From the NCBI GenBank assembly GCA_965223415.1, contig OZ245002.1:2368001-2432000 (forward strand): 64,000 nt of DNA. The letters run 5' to 3'. Positions 9,018 to 18,112 of the stretch are shown in pieces. The position numbers and the translations under genes are program-made. Numbering within the stretch: position 1 is the first letter of the stretch; each line of letters begins with the position of its first letter. The notes beneath the pieces were generated by a model. The model ran no database searches and had not been told where the DNA came from. It saw nothing but the letters and a program-made list of their open reading frames with translations. Source of the DNA: Myxococcota bacterium (lineage in GTDB: Bacteria; Myxococcota_A; UBA9160; UBA6930).

Positions 9018-11381
9018 GTGCACGGCCTGACCGACCTCCGCGTGATCGACTTCTCCACCGGCATCGCCGGCGGCTATGCGACCAAGCTGCTGGCCGACGC
9101 CGGGGCCGACGTCGTCAAGGTGGAGCCGCCCGGCGGCGACCCCCTGCGGCGGCACTCGGCGACGCGAGGCAGCCTGCCCGAGGGCGAGGACGGCGCCCTC
9201 TTCCGGTTCCTGCACGCGTCGAAGCGCTCGGTCGTCGGTACGCCCGGGGACCCGCAGGTGGAGGAACTGATCGCCGGCGCCGATCTGATCGTCGAGTCGT
9301 TCGACACGGATCGGCCCGACCCGCAGGCCTGGATCGCCCGGGATCCGCGCCTCGTCGTCCTCACCGTCACGCCCTTCGGGACCGAGGGCCCCTACGCCGG
9401 CCGGCCCTGGAGCGACCTCACCCTCCAGGCCGAGAGCGGCTCGATCTCCGGGCGCGGCCTGCCCGAGCAGCCTCCGGTCATGGTCGGCGGGAAGACCACG
9501 TTCTGGGTGGGCGGCACCTTCGCGGGCGTGGCGGCCCTGGCCGCCGTGCAGCGCGCGCGCCGCACCGGGCGCGGCGAGTGGATCGACTTCTCCCTGCTCG
9601 AGGTGATGAACATCGCCGGCGGCGTCTTCGGCGACCTCATCTCGAGCCTGTCCGGCCGGCCGCCGCTCAGCCAGCCCGCGCGCATGGTCGAGATCCCGTC
9701 GATCGAGCCGACCCGGGACGGCTGGGTCGGCTTCAACACGAACTCGCGCCAGCAGTTCGACGACTTCCTGCTGCTGATCGAGCGGCCGGACCTGCGCGGC
9801 GACGAGGAGCTGGCGAGCATCGCCCACCGCTGGGCCCGCCGCGACGAGTGGAACGCCGCCGTGCGGGCCTTCACGACCCAGCACACCACCGCCGAGATCG
9901 TCGAGCGGGCGGCGCTCCTGCGCATCCCGGTCGCGCCGGTCAACGACGGGGCGGGCGCCCTGGCCCACGAGCACTTCGCCGAGCGCGGCGTGTTCCTGAA
10001 GAACCCCAGCGGTGGCTTCCTCCAGCCGCGGGCCCCCTACCTGATCGACGGCGAAGGGCCGCGCCCACCGGGGCCGACCCCGGCGCTGGGCGAGCACCAG
10101 GGGCGCATCGAGGCTCGGGAGCGGAGCGCGTCTCCCGCGCCGGACGGGGCCGGCCTCCCCCTCGAAGGCATCCGGGTCCTCGACGCCACCGCCTGGTGGG
10201 CGGGGCCTTCGGCAACGGGCATGCTCGCGACCCTCGGCGCCGACGTCATCCACCTCGAGGCGGCCCAGCGCCCCGACGGGATGCGCATGATCGGCGGGAT
10301 GTTCGCCGGCGTCCACGAGGAGTGGTGGGAGTACTCGGCACTCTTCCTCGGCGCCAACGTCAACAAGCGCGGCTTGACGCTGAACCTACAGGAGGAGCGC
10401 GGCCGCGAGCTGTGCCTGCAGCTAGCGAGCGAGTGCGACGTCTTCGTCGAGAACTTCTCGCCGCGCGTGGTGGAGCAGTTCGGTCTCGGCTGGGAAGCCG
10501 TCCACGCGCGCAGCCCCGAGACGATCCTCGTGCGTATGCCGGCCTTTGGCCTCTCGGGCCCGTGGCGCGACCACGTGGGCTTCGCCCAGACGATGGAGCA
10601 GATGACCGGCCTCGCCTGGCTCACCGGCCACGCCGACGACCAGCCCCGCATCCAGCGGGGGCCCTGCGACCCGATCGCCGGGATGCACGCGGCCTTCGCC
10701 ACGCTCGTGGCCTTGCAGGAGCGCGAGGCCACCGGCTCGGGATCCCTCGTCGAGTGCACGATGGTGGAGGGCGCGCTCAACGCCGCCGCCGAGCAGATCG
10801 TGGAGTACAGCGCCTACGCGGGGCGCATGCAGCGCGAGGGCAACCGCTGCCCCGACGCCGCCCCCCAGAACCTGTACGCCTGCAGCGGGCACGAGCGTTG
10901 GCTCGCGCTCTCGGTCGAGAGCGAGGCCCAGTGGCGCGCACTGCGCCAGGTGCTGGGCGACCCGGCCTGGACCCGGGCCGACGATCTCCAGACCCATGAA
11001 GGCCGCCGCGCCGGCCACGACCGGATCGACGCCGAGCTCGGCGCCTGGGCCGCGGAGCAGGAGCTCGAGGAGGCGGTGGCGGTCCTGCTCGCCGCGGGCG
11101 TGCCGGCGGCGCCGGTCTTCGACGGCCGCGAGGCGTACCGCCATCCCCAGATGGTCGCGCGCGGGTTCTTCGAAGAGCTCGACCACCCGATCGTGGGAAG
11201 GCACCCCATTCCCGGCGCGCCCTTCCGATACGCCTCCGTCCCCCACTGGCTGCGCTGCGGGGCGCCGACCCTCGGCGAGCACAACCGCGAGATCCTGACG
11301 GAGCTGCTCGGTGTCGGCGAAGACGAGATCGCAGGCCTCGAGGAGCAGGGCGTGATCGGCCAGACGCCGAAGCTGGGCTGA
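9018..11381 (+). CDS. Family III (CaiB/BaiF) CoA transferase, two fused domains
   Basis: Two repeats of LxxxRVxD...LGADV; APTLGEHN C-terminus. Confidence 0.92.
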   Translation: MHGLTDLRVIDFSTGIAGGYATKLLADAGADVVKVEPPGGDPLRRHSATRGSLPEGEDGALFRFLHASKRSVVGTPGDPQVEELIAGADLIVESFDTDRPDPQAWIARDPRLVVLTVTPFGTEGPYAGRPWSDLTLQAESGSISGRGLPEQPPVMVGGKTTFWVGGTFAGVAALAAVQRARRTGRGEWIDFSLLEVMNIAGGVFGDLISSLSGRPPLSQPARMVEIPSIEPTRDGWVGFNTNSRQQFDDFLLLIERPDLRGDEELASIAHRWARRDEWNAAVRAFTTQHTTAEIVERAALLRIPVAPVNDGAGALAHEHFAERGVFLKNPSGGFLQPRAPYLIDGEGPRPPGPTPALGEHQGRIEARERSASPAPDGAGLPLEGIRVLDATAWWAGPSATGMLATLGADVIHLEAAQRPDGMRMIGGMFAGVHEEWWEYSALFLGANVNKRGLTLNLQEERGRELCLQLASECDVFVENFSPRVVEQFGLGWEAVHARSPETILVRMPAFGLSGPWRDHVGFAQTMEQMTGLAWLTGHADDQPRIQRGPCDPIAGMHAAFATLVALQEREATGSGSLVECTMVEGALNAAAEQIVEYSAYAGRMQREGNRCPDAAPQNLYACSGHERWLALSVESEAQWRALRQVLGDPAWTRADDLQTHEGRRAGHDRIDAELGAWAAEQELEEAVAVLLAAGVPAAPVFDGREAYRHPQMVARGFFEELDHPIVGRHPIPGAPFRYASVPHWLRCGAPTLGEHNREILTELLGVGEDEIAGLEEQGVIGQTPKLG

Positions 11382-12337
11382 TGCGCCGCGCCGCCGTCGC
11401 TCTGCTCCTCCTGGCCGCCTCGGCCGTGCTGGCCGCCGGCTGCACGCTGCCGCGCATGACCGCGGTGCGCCTGCTGGTCTGGCTGGAGGGCGGCGAATCG
11501 CCGCCCCTCGCGCCGCCCGCCGACGAGGGCGACGCCGTCCGCTGGCTCGACGACTACTACACCGTCGAGTGGATCGACGCGTCGACGGTCGCCATCGGCG
11601 AGCCACGCTATCACCAGCAGAACTACAGCTACCTGATCCTCGGCGAGGAGCGCGCCGTGCTCTTCGACTCCGGCCCCGGCGTACGGGACATCCGGCCCGT
11701 CGTCGAAGCGCTCACGGAGCTGCCGGTGATCGCCGCCCCGTCCCATCTCCACTTCGACCACCTCGGCAACCAGCATCGCTTCGAGCGGGTGGCGATGATC
11801 GACCTCTCCTACCTGCGCGAGCGCGCCGAGGGCGGCGTGCTGGTTCCCACCGAGGAGGAGCACCTGGGCTTCTCCGAGGGCCGGGAGATCCGCCCTCTGC
11901 GCGTCACCGACTGGTGGGCGCCGGAGCAGGAGGTGGACCTCGGCGGTCGCGTGCTGCGGGTGGTGGCGACCCCGGGCCACACCACCGACTCCTGGTCGCT
12001 CCTCGACGAGGCGCGGGGCCAGCTCTTCACTGGCGACTACCTGTACCCGGGGCCGCTGATCGCGATCTGCCCCAACTCCTCCCTGGGAGACTACCTGACG
12101 ACCGCCGACGACCTCCTCGCGAGGCTCGGCCCGGACGCCCTGCTTCTCACCGCTCACCGGATGGCGCCCCCGGGCGCGCCTCGCCTGGCGTTCCGCGACC
12201 TCTCGGACCTACAGGCTGCGCTCGAAGCGATCCGCGAGGGCGAGCTCGAAGGCGAGGGCTTCTACCCGGTCATCTACACGGTGAACGAGCGCATCAGCTT
12301 GTGGGCGGATCGCCCGGCCGGACGGCGCTGGGACTGA
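11381..12337 (+). CDS. MBL-fold metallo-hydrolase, probable lipoprotein
   Basis: LAAGC lipobox; SHLHFDH, TPGHT, FTGD motifs. Confidence 0.88.
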   Translation: MRRAAVALLLLAASAVLAAGCTLPRMTAVRLLVWLEGGESPPLAPPADEGDAVRWLDDYYTVEWIDASTVAIGEPRYHQQNYSYLILGEERAVLFDSGPGVRDIRPVVEALTELPVIAAPSHLHFDHLGNQHRFERVAMIDLSYLRERAEGGVLVPTEEEHLGFSEGREIRPLRVTDWWAPEQEVDLGGRVLRVVATPGHTTDSWSLLDEARGQLFTGDYLYPGPLIAICPNSSLGDYLTTADDLLARLGPDALLLTAHRMAPPGAPRLAFRDLSDLQAALEAIREGELEGEGFYPVIYTVNERISLWADRPAGRRWD

Positions 12338-12343
12338 TCGCGC

Positions 12344-13027
12344 TCAGTACTCGATCACCCAGAGCTTCTCGAGCAGCCACGCGGCGCCACGCACCACGAC
12401 CTGGACCGGTCCCCAGATCACGCGCTCGTGCTCGCGCTCGGTGAGGTGGACCTCGAGGGTGCTCATGGCCACGTCCTTGCGCAGGCGCTCGAGGCGCCCG
12501 GTGATGGAGTCGACCCGGGCCTGCACCCGCGCCAGCTCGCGCTCCACCTGGAGCACCTCCTCGACCTTCTGGGCCCGGGCCGCCAGCTCGCGGAGGCGAT
12601 CCCGGAGCGCGACCTGGTTGGCGAGCTCTGCGTCGAGGTCGGCGACCGCTTCGGTCACGTCCTCCGCCGTTACCTGGCGGCTCTTCTCCTCGCCGAGCGC
12701 GGCGACCGCCTCGAGGAGGCCGTCGAGCTCCGCCGTAGGCACCCGCACGCGCTGGGTGGCCGTGCGCTCCTCGATCCGGCTGGACTCGATGCGTCCTCCA
12801 CGCTCGGCGACGAGTCGCTCCAGCAGGGTGACCGCGCTCGCGAGCTCGTCGACCTCCACGCTCTGGTGGCCGCGGCGGATCAGCAGCCGCTCCGCCGGAG
12901 CCGATGCTTCCGAGGCGACCCGCGCTCGGGCCCCGTCCATGGCAAGAGCCGGGGGGCTCGCGGCGGGCTCGGAGAGGCTCGCGCAGCCGGTCAGGAGCAG
13001 GGTCACGAGGGCGAGGGCACGCAGCAC
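12344..13027 (-). CDS. DUF4349-like lipoprotein
   Basis: LTGC lipobox; RVP...EDVT...coiled coil (VEEVLQVERELARVQ). Confidence 0.75.
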   Translation of the reverse strand: MLRALALVTLLLTGCASLSEPAASPPALAMDGARARVASEASAPAERLLIRRGHQSVEVDELASAVTLLERLVAERGGRIESSRIEERTATQRVRVPTAELDGLLEAVAALGEEKSRQVTAEDVTEAVADLDAELANQVALRDRLRELAARAQKVEEVLQVERELARVQARVDSITGRLERLRKDVAMSTLEVHLTEREHERVIWGPVQVVVRGAAWLLEKLWVIEY

Positions 13028-13065
13028 GGAAGGCCTCCTTCGAGGGGACGGAGCATCGAAACCGA

Positions 13066-13560
13066 TCAGCGCCGGCGGGTTCCCCGGGCGAGGCGGGAAC
13101 AGAGCGCGAAGCCCGCCACGCCGACCACCGGCGATGTGACCAGCCCTGGGAAGTAGCCGCCGGCCCGGAGCGACAGCATCGGGTGGGCGACTGCGTTTCC
13201 GACCATCGCCAGCCCGAGGAACCAGAGGGGGACGAGCAGCCCGCGGGCGCCTTCCCGGAGTGCCGCCGCCGAGACCACCCAGATGCCGATCCACAGCACG
13301 TTGAAGGGAACGAAGATCCAGCCGGGCCAGGGCGCGAGCCCCAGCAGCTCGGGCAGGCGCCGGTCGAAGCCGGTCAGGAACTCCTCGGTGAAGTGGACGC
13401 ACTGGAGGGCAATGACGACGGCCGCGAGCCTGCGCAGGGCATCGAGCTCGGCGGGCTCGCCTCGCAGCGGCGAACGCATCCCCGTCAGCGCGATCCCCAC
13501 GCCGAGGGCCACGCCCAGCAGGGCCGTGCTGGGGAGGAAGCTCTGCAGCAGCTCGCTCAT
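13066..13560 (-). CDS. HXXEE-domain membrane protein
   Basis: HFTEEF, NAVAHP, YFPGLVTS motifs in a hydrophobic protein. Confidence 0.8.
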   Translation of the reverse strand: MSELLQSFLPSTALLGVALGVGIALTGMRSPLRGEPAELDALRRLAAVVIALQCVHFTEEFLTGFDRRLPELLGLAPWPGWIFVPFNVLWIGIWVVSAAALREGARGLLVPLWFLGLAMVGNAVAHPMLSLRAGGYFPGLVTSPVVGVAGFALCSRLARGTRRR

Positions 13561-13816
13561 GCCAGGCTGCGGGCCCAGTAGACCTCGCGTCCTCCGTTCC
13601 AGCGAGTCTCGGTCTGGGGAGCGAAGCCCGCTCGGCGGTAGAACGCCTGGGCCGGCTCGTTGTGCTCGTTGGTGTGCAGGCCGACGGCGACGGCACCGCG
13701 GGTGCGGGCGCGCTCCAGGACGAAGTCCATCAGCTGGCGCCCCATCCCTTGGCCCCGGCGAGGATCAGCTCCACGAGGTCCGGGACGTCGCCGGCCGTCG
13801 CGAGCCGGATCGTCAC
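13557..13816 (-). pseudogene. GNAT acetyltransferase with internal deletion and frameshift
   Basis: N-terminus VTIRLATAGDVPDLVELI joined out of frame to RRGQGMGRQL...NEPAQAFYRRAGF. Confidence 0.75.
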
Positions 13817-14208
13817 GCGGCGGCCGGTCGGAAGAGCGGCAGGGTGATCTCGTCGGTCATCTCCCGGAAGCACACCTCGAGGGGCATGCCGATCCGGATC
13901 GCGTCGGGCTCCACGTCGACCAGGTTCGAGAGCATGTGCCAGCCCTCCTCGAGCTCGACGATCACCACCGTGTAGGGCACCTCAAACTCCGGGCGCTGGG
14001 GTCGGTGCACGGTCGTGTAGCTGTAGAGCGTGCCGCGGCCCGAGCTCTCGACCCAATCGAGTTCCGTGCCGAGACAACGGGTGCAGACCGGCCGCGGGAT
14101 GAAGACGTGGGTTCCGCAGCCGGTGCAGCGCTGCACGCGCAGGCGGCCCTCGCGGCAGCCCTCCCAGTGCGGGCGGGAGAGGGTCGTCGGGGTGGGCAGC
14201 GGGATCAC
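13813..14208 (-). CDS. Zn-ribbon OB-fold protein (DUF35)
   Basis: CTGC...CTRC, GRGTLYSYT, ELEEG, LPLFRP. Confidence 0.92.
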   Translation of the reverse strand: MIPLPTPTTLSRPHWEGCREGRLRVQRCTGCGTHVFIPRPVCTRCLGTELDWVESSGRGTLYSYTTVHRPQRPEFEVPYTVVIVELEEGWHMLSNLVDVEPDAIRIGMPLEVCFREMTDEITLPLFRPAAA

Positions 14209-15359
14209 AGGGGCTCCTTTCCGACCAGCATCACGTCGCAGAACAGGGCGCCGGAGCCGCCGTTGCTCGCCATGGCCACCTCGGCCTCAGGAAGGGTCAG
14301 CTCCGCCGGGAGCTTCCCCTGCAGCTGGAGTGCGGCGTTCACCGCCTTCTGCAGCATCTGGGCGAGGCCGGCGTGGCTGAAGGAGAGGAGCCCGCCGTTG
14401 GTGGCGACGGGTAGCTCCCCGTCGATGCGGATGCGGCCATCCATCACGAAGCCGCCTCCCTCGCCCTCCTTGCAGAAGCCGAAGGCCTCGAGCTGGCGGA
14501 TGATCTCGAACGAGAACGGGTCGTAGAGCTCGGCCACGTCGACGTCGCGGGGCATGAGGCCGCACTGGGAGAAGGCGAGCTCCGCTGCGCGGCGGCCCAC
14601 CCAGCCGTAGCGGTCCCAGACCGGTGCCGTGGTGTAGGCCATGCCCTGACGGTCCATGCCGCCGCCCAGGACGTAGATGGGGGTCACCCCCAGATCCCGC
14701 GCCCGTTCCTCGGTGGTCATCACCAGCCCGGCGCCGCCTTCGGAGTTGATGCAGCAATCGAGGAGGTGGAAGGGGTGGGCCACCAGCCGCGAGGCCTCCA
14801 CGTCCCTCGGGCCCACCTCCTTGCCGTACATCACGGCCTCCGGGTTGCGGGCGCCGTTCATGCGGATGGCGGCGGCGACCTCGGAGAGGGCCTCGCGCTT
14901 CGTGCCGTACACGTGCATGTGTCGCTGGGCCATGAGCGCGAACTCGGCAGCGGTGTAGAGGCCGAAGCACTCGACGAACTCGTTGCTCGGCCGGGTCCAG
15001 GAGACGGTGGCCGCGTGGTCCGTGTACTCGCCGCACTGGGCGGCGGCCACCACCGCCGTGTGGCACTGGCCCGTGGCAATGGCCGCCGCGGCCTCGAGCA
15101 CTGCCTCGATGCCCGCCGGCCCCGTGCCGTTCCACATCGGGCGGCCGCCCATCCACTGGGCCACGTCCCGGGAGTTGACGCGCCCGACCCAGGTGGAGGC
15201 GTTCAGGCCGTCGACGTCGTCCGGCGTCAGGTTCGCTTCGCGGAGGCAGCCGAGAATCGCGTCGAGCAGCAGCTCCGGCTCGCTCAGGTGGGTGATCTTC
15301 TTCGCCTGGACGGTGTTGTAGGCGCCGACGATCGCCACGCCCTGGTACGGACTCTTCAT
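14205..15359 (-). CDS. Thiolase-like protein (SCP-x/Ltp2-type)
   Basis: LLDCC, LYDPF, TNGGLLSFSH motifs; coupled to the DUF35 gene. Confidence 0.88.
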   Translation of the reverse strand: MKSPYQGVAIVGAYNTVQAKKITHLSEPELLLDAILGCLREANLTPDDVDGLNASTWVGRVNSRDVAQWMGGRPMWNGTGPAGIEAVLEAAAAIATGQCHTAVVAAAQCGEYTDHAATVSWTRPSNEFVECFGLYTAAEFALMAQRHMHVYGTKREALSEVAAAIRMNGARNPEAVMYGKEVGPRDVEASRLVAHPFHLLDCCINSEGGAGLVMTTEERARDLGVTPIYVLGGGMDRQGMAYTTAPVWDRYGWVGRRAAELAFSQCGLMPRDVDVAELYDPFSFEIIRQLEAFGFCKEGEGGGFVMDGRIRIDGELPVATNGGLLSFSHAGLAQMLQKAVNAALQLQGKLPAELTLPEAEVAMASNGGSGALFCDVMLVGKEPL

Positions 15360-15393
15360 GGGCGGGAGTGTGCCACAGCGGTAGAGTCCGTTC

Positions 15394-15954
15394 GTGCCGG
15401 GCCCGCAGGTCGACCGAGGTGCCGATCGCCTGGCGATGCTGCTGCTCGGAGTGTGCGTCGCCGTCGCCGCGCTGCTGCTCTGGGCGGCGGCGGGCGAGCC
15501 GCACCCCGACGCCGCGGGCACGGCGCACCCGGAGCGGGCGAGCCTGCTCTCCGGCGGCGACGGTGCGGCGCGAGGGCGCCCCCTCCTTGATCTCGCCTGG
15601 GCCTACGGAGCCGCCGCGATCGCGTTCTTCGCCATCGCCTTCGCCCTGGCGCTGCGCCGACGCGGCCAGGGCCTGGGCCCCGTACGCGTCCCCTTCTGGA
15701 TCTCGGTGGGGCTCTACCAGCTCGCCTGGCTGGGCCTCCTGCTGGCCTATGCAGCGTTCCTGCGTGCCCCCGCCGAAGCCCCCTTCGTGTTCGGCTTCCC
15801 GCTGCCCACCGCCATCATGCTGTTCGTGCTGTGGCCGCTGCCCGTGCTCTTCATGCTGATCTACCTGCGCTTCTTCTCGCGCTGGGTGTGGACCGCCGAG
15901 GACGAGGAGCGGGCGGCGCGGCTCGTCGCCGCCGCCCGGGCCGACGCCGAGTGA
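15394..15954 (+). CDS. Membrane protein, probable symporter accessory subunit
   Basis: About four TM segments, FVFGFPLPTA motif; its stop overlaps the symporter start; start codon uncertain. Confidence 0.65.
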   Translation: MPGPQVDRGADRLAMLLLGVCVAVAALLLWAAAGEPHPDAAGTAHPERASLLSGGDGAARGRPLLDLAWAYGAAAIAFFAIAFALALRRRGQGLGPVRVPFWISVGLYQLAWLGLLLAYAAFLRAPAEAPFVFGFPLPTAIMLFVLWPLPVLFMLIYLRFFSRWVWTAEDEERAARLVAAARADAE

Positions 15955-17444
15955 CGGACGTGGACCGCTCGCTCGTCACGCTGGTCTGCGTCGGCGGCTA
16001 CCTCGCGCTCTGCATCGCCGTGGGCCTGTGGGCCATGACGCGCACGCGCACCAGCCGCGATTTCTTCGTCGCCGGCCGCAACCTGGGCGTCCTCGTGACC
16101 GGCGTGGCGATTTTCTCGAGCACCCTCTCCGGCTTCGGCTTCGTGGGCGGGCCGGGCCTCACCTACCGCATGGGCATGAGCTCGGTGTGGATGATCCTCA
16201 CCTCCGTCACCGGCTACGTGCTGGCCTTCGCGCTGCTGGCCAAGCGCATCCGGGTGATCGCCGAGCTGCGCGACTCGGTCTCGCTCCCCGATCTGGTCGC
16301 CGCCCGCTACGGCAGCGAGCTGACGCGCTTCCTGATGGCGCTGGCCATCCTGCTCGGCGTGCTCGGCTACCTGGCCACCCAGGTGCTGGCGATGGCGACC
16401 GTGCTCCAGGACATCCTGCGAGGGATGGACTGGGAGGTGGGGCTCGTCGCCTGCGCGGTGTTCTCCTCGGCGATCCTGATCTTCTACTGCGTGACCGGCG
16501 GCGTCATCGCCTCCGTCTACACGGATCTGCTCCAGGGCGTGATGATGTTCGTGGCCGCCTTCCTGGTCGTGCTCACCGCCCAGGGCGCGGTGGAGGGCGG
16601 CTTCGAGGGGATGTCGCGCACGATCCTGGCCGACGATCCGGAGGCGATCGGGCCGTGGGGCACCTTCGGCATGCTCGCCACCCTCTCGTGGTTCTTCCTC
16701 TTCCTGCTCGGCACCTGCGGCCAGCCCCACGTGGTGACGAAGTTCATGATGTTCCGCCGGGTCTCCGACGCGCGGCACATCCTCCCGCTCTCGCTGGCGG
16801 GCTACACGGTCTCCGCGTTGCTCTGGATCTTCGTCGGCCTCGCGATGCGGGCGCTCGTGCTGCAGGGTGCGCACCCGGAGCTCGAGTCCGCGGACGCGGC
16901 CTCCGCCGCCTTCCTCCAGGCCTTCGCCCATCCCGTGCTGGCCGGCGTCGTCTTCGCCGGCCTGCTGGCGGCGATCATGTCGACCGCCGACGCCTTCCTC
17001 GGGATCGGCGCCGCCGTGATCGTGCACGACATCCCCGTCGCCCTGCGCGGACGGCCCCTCGAGGGAGAGCTGCGCTGGGCGCGCATCGCGACGGCGGGGC
17101 TCGGCGCCGCGGCCACCGCCTTCGCCCTCTACTCCCACTACGTGAACCAGCGCCTGGTGCTCTTCCTCGGCGTCTTCGGCGCGGCCACCTTCGCGGCGGC
17201 GATGGTCCCGACCCTGGCCATCGGCTTCAACTGGAAGCGGGCCACGGCCCGCGCCGCCAACGCGGCGATCGCCGCGAGCCTGCTGATCAACGTGGGCCTG
17301 GAGCTGGCGGACGTGAAGCTGCCCTACGGCATCCACGGCGGGATTCCGGCGCTCCTGGCGGCGCTGATCCTCTTCCTGGGGATCTCGCTGCTCTCGAAGC
17401 CGGAGCCGTTGCCGCCGGACATCGATGCGGCGATGGAGCTCTAG
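15951..17444 (+). CDS. Sodium:solute symporter (SSS/PutP-like)
   Basis: DFFVAGRNLG, GFGFVGGPG, ASVYTDLLQG, AAIMSTAD. Confidence 0.92.
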   Translation: MTDVDRSLVTLVCVGGYLALCIAVGLWAMTRTRTSRDFFVAGRNLGVLVTGVAIFSSTLSGFGFVGGPGLTYRMGMSSVWMILTSVTGYVLAFALLAKRIRVIAELRDSVSLPDLVAARYGSELTRFLMALAILLGVLGYLATQVLAMATVLQDILRGMDWEVGLVACAVFSSAILIFYCVTGGVIASVYTDLLQGVMMFVAAFLVVLTAQGAVEGGFEGMSRTILADDPEAIGPWGTFGMLATLSWFFLFLLGTCGQPHVVTKFMMFRRVSDARHILPLSLAGYTVSALLWIFVGLAMRALVLQGAHPELESADAASAAFLQAFAHPVLAGVVFAGLLAAIMSTADAFLGIGAAVIVHDIPVALRGRPLEGELRWARIATAGLGAAATAFALYSHYVNQRLVLFLGVFGAATFAAAMVPTLAIGFNWKRATARAANAAIAASLLINVGLELADVKLPYGIHGGIPALLAALILFLGISLLSKPEPLPPDIDAAMEL

Positions 17445-17510
17445 ATCTATAGCGATGCGACGACGGCGACGACCCACCCGGTGATGGCTGCATCGAGACG
17501 CCGCCGAGCC

Positions 17511-17561
17511 TTGCCCCTCAAGCGGAGTCCAGTATCATCCGAAGATACCCCCTAGGGGTAT
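17511..17561 (+). promoter_or_regulatory. Sigma70-like promoter plus CsoR/RcnR-type operator
   Basis: TTGCCC-16-TATCAT followed by palindrome ATACCCC-CTA-GGGGTAT (17545-17561). Confidence 0.75.
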
Positions 17562-17572
17562 ATGGTGCCTCC

Positions 17573-17986
17573 ATGAAGCGACACGGCTGGCTCATCCTTT
17601 CGCTCGTCGCCCTATTCGGGCTCCGGGCTCCGCTCTGCGTGTACGCCTGTGTCGCGGTCGGGGCGCAGCCCGCAACGGCTTCGACCCCGCCGCTCTCCGA
17701 AGCCTACGCCTCCTGCCACGGGGACGGCAGGGATGGAGACGCAGGCGCGGGGCCCGACGCGCCGGCACCGACGCACCACGAGTGCGATTGCGGCCGGGTC
17801 CAGATGCTCGTTGCCAAGAGCCAGGCGAAGCAAGCCGCGGGCCTCTCGAAGATGCACGCTCCTTCCGTTGCAGCCGCGGCCGTCGTCCTGCCCGCCGCCC
17901 ACCGCCGCCCGATCCGCGCCTGGAAGCGCTTCGAACGCCTTCCGCCCCCCGACCTCCTCGCCCTGAACTCGACGCTCCGGCTCTGA
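17573..17986 (+). CDS. Small exported Cys/His-rich protein (DUF2946-like leader ORF)
   Basis: Signal-like N-terminus, CVYAC, SCHG, HHECDC, C-terminal RLPPP; first gene of the efflux operon. Confidence 0.65.
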   Translation: MKRHGWLILSLVALFGLRAPLCVYACVAVGAQPATASTPPLSEAYASCHGDGRDGDAGAGPDAPAPTHHECDCGRVQMLVAKSQAKQAAGLSKMHAPSVAAAAVVLPAAHRRPIRAWKRFERLPPPDLLALNSTLRL

Positions 17987-18112
17987 CGCCTCCGGTCTCG
18001 GGACCCGGCCGTTCGCCGTCGGTCCCGCACCCTGGTGGAGCGCGCGCGCTCCGCCAGCCTCGCCCGCGCTTCGACGCGAGCGGGTGTGTCACCGAGATCC
18101 AGGAGAATCTGC

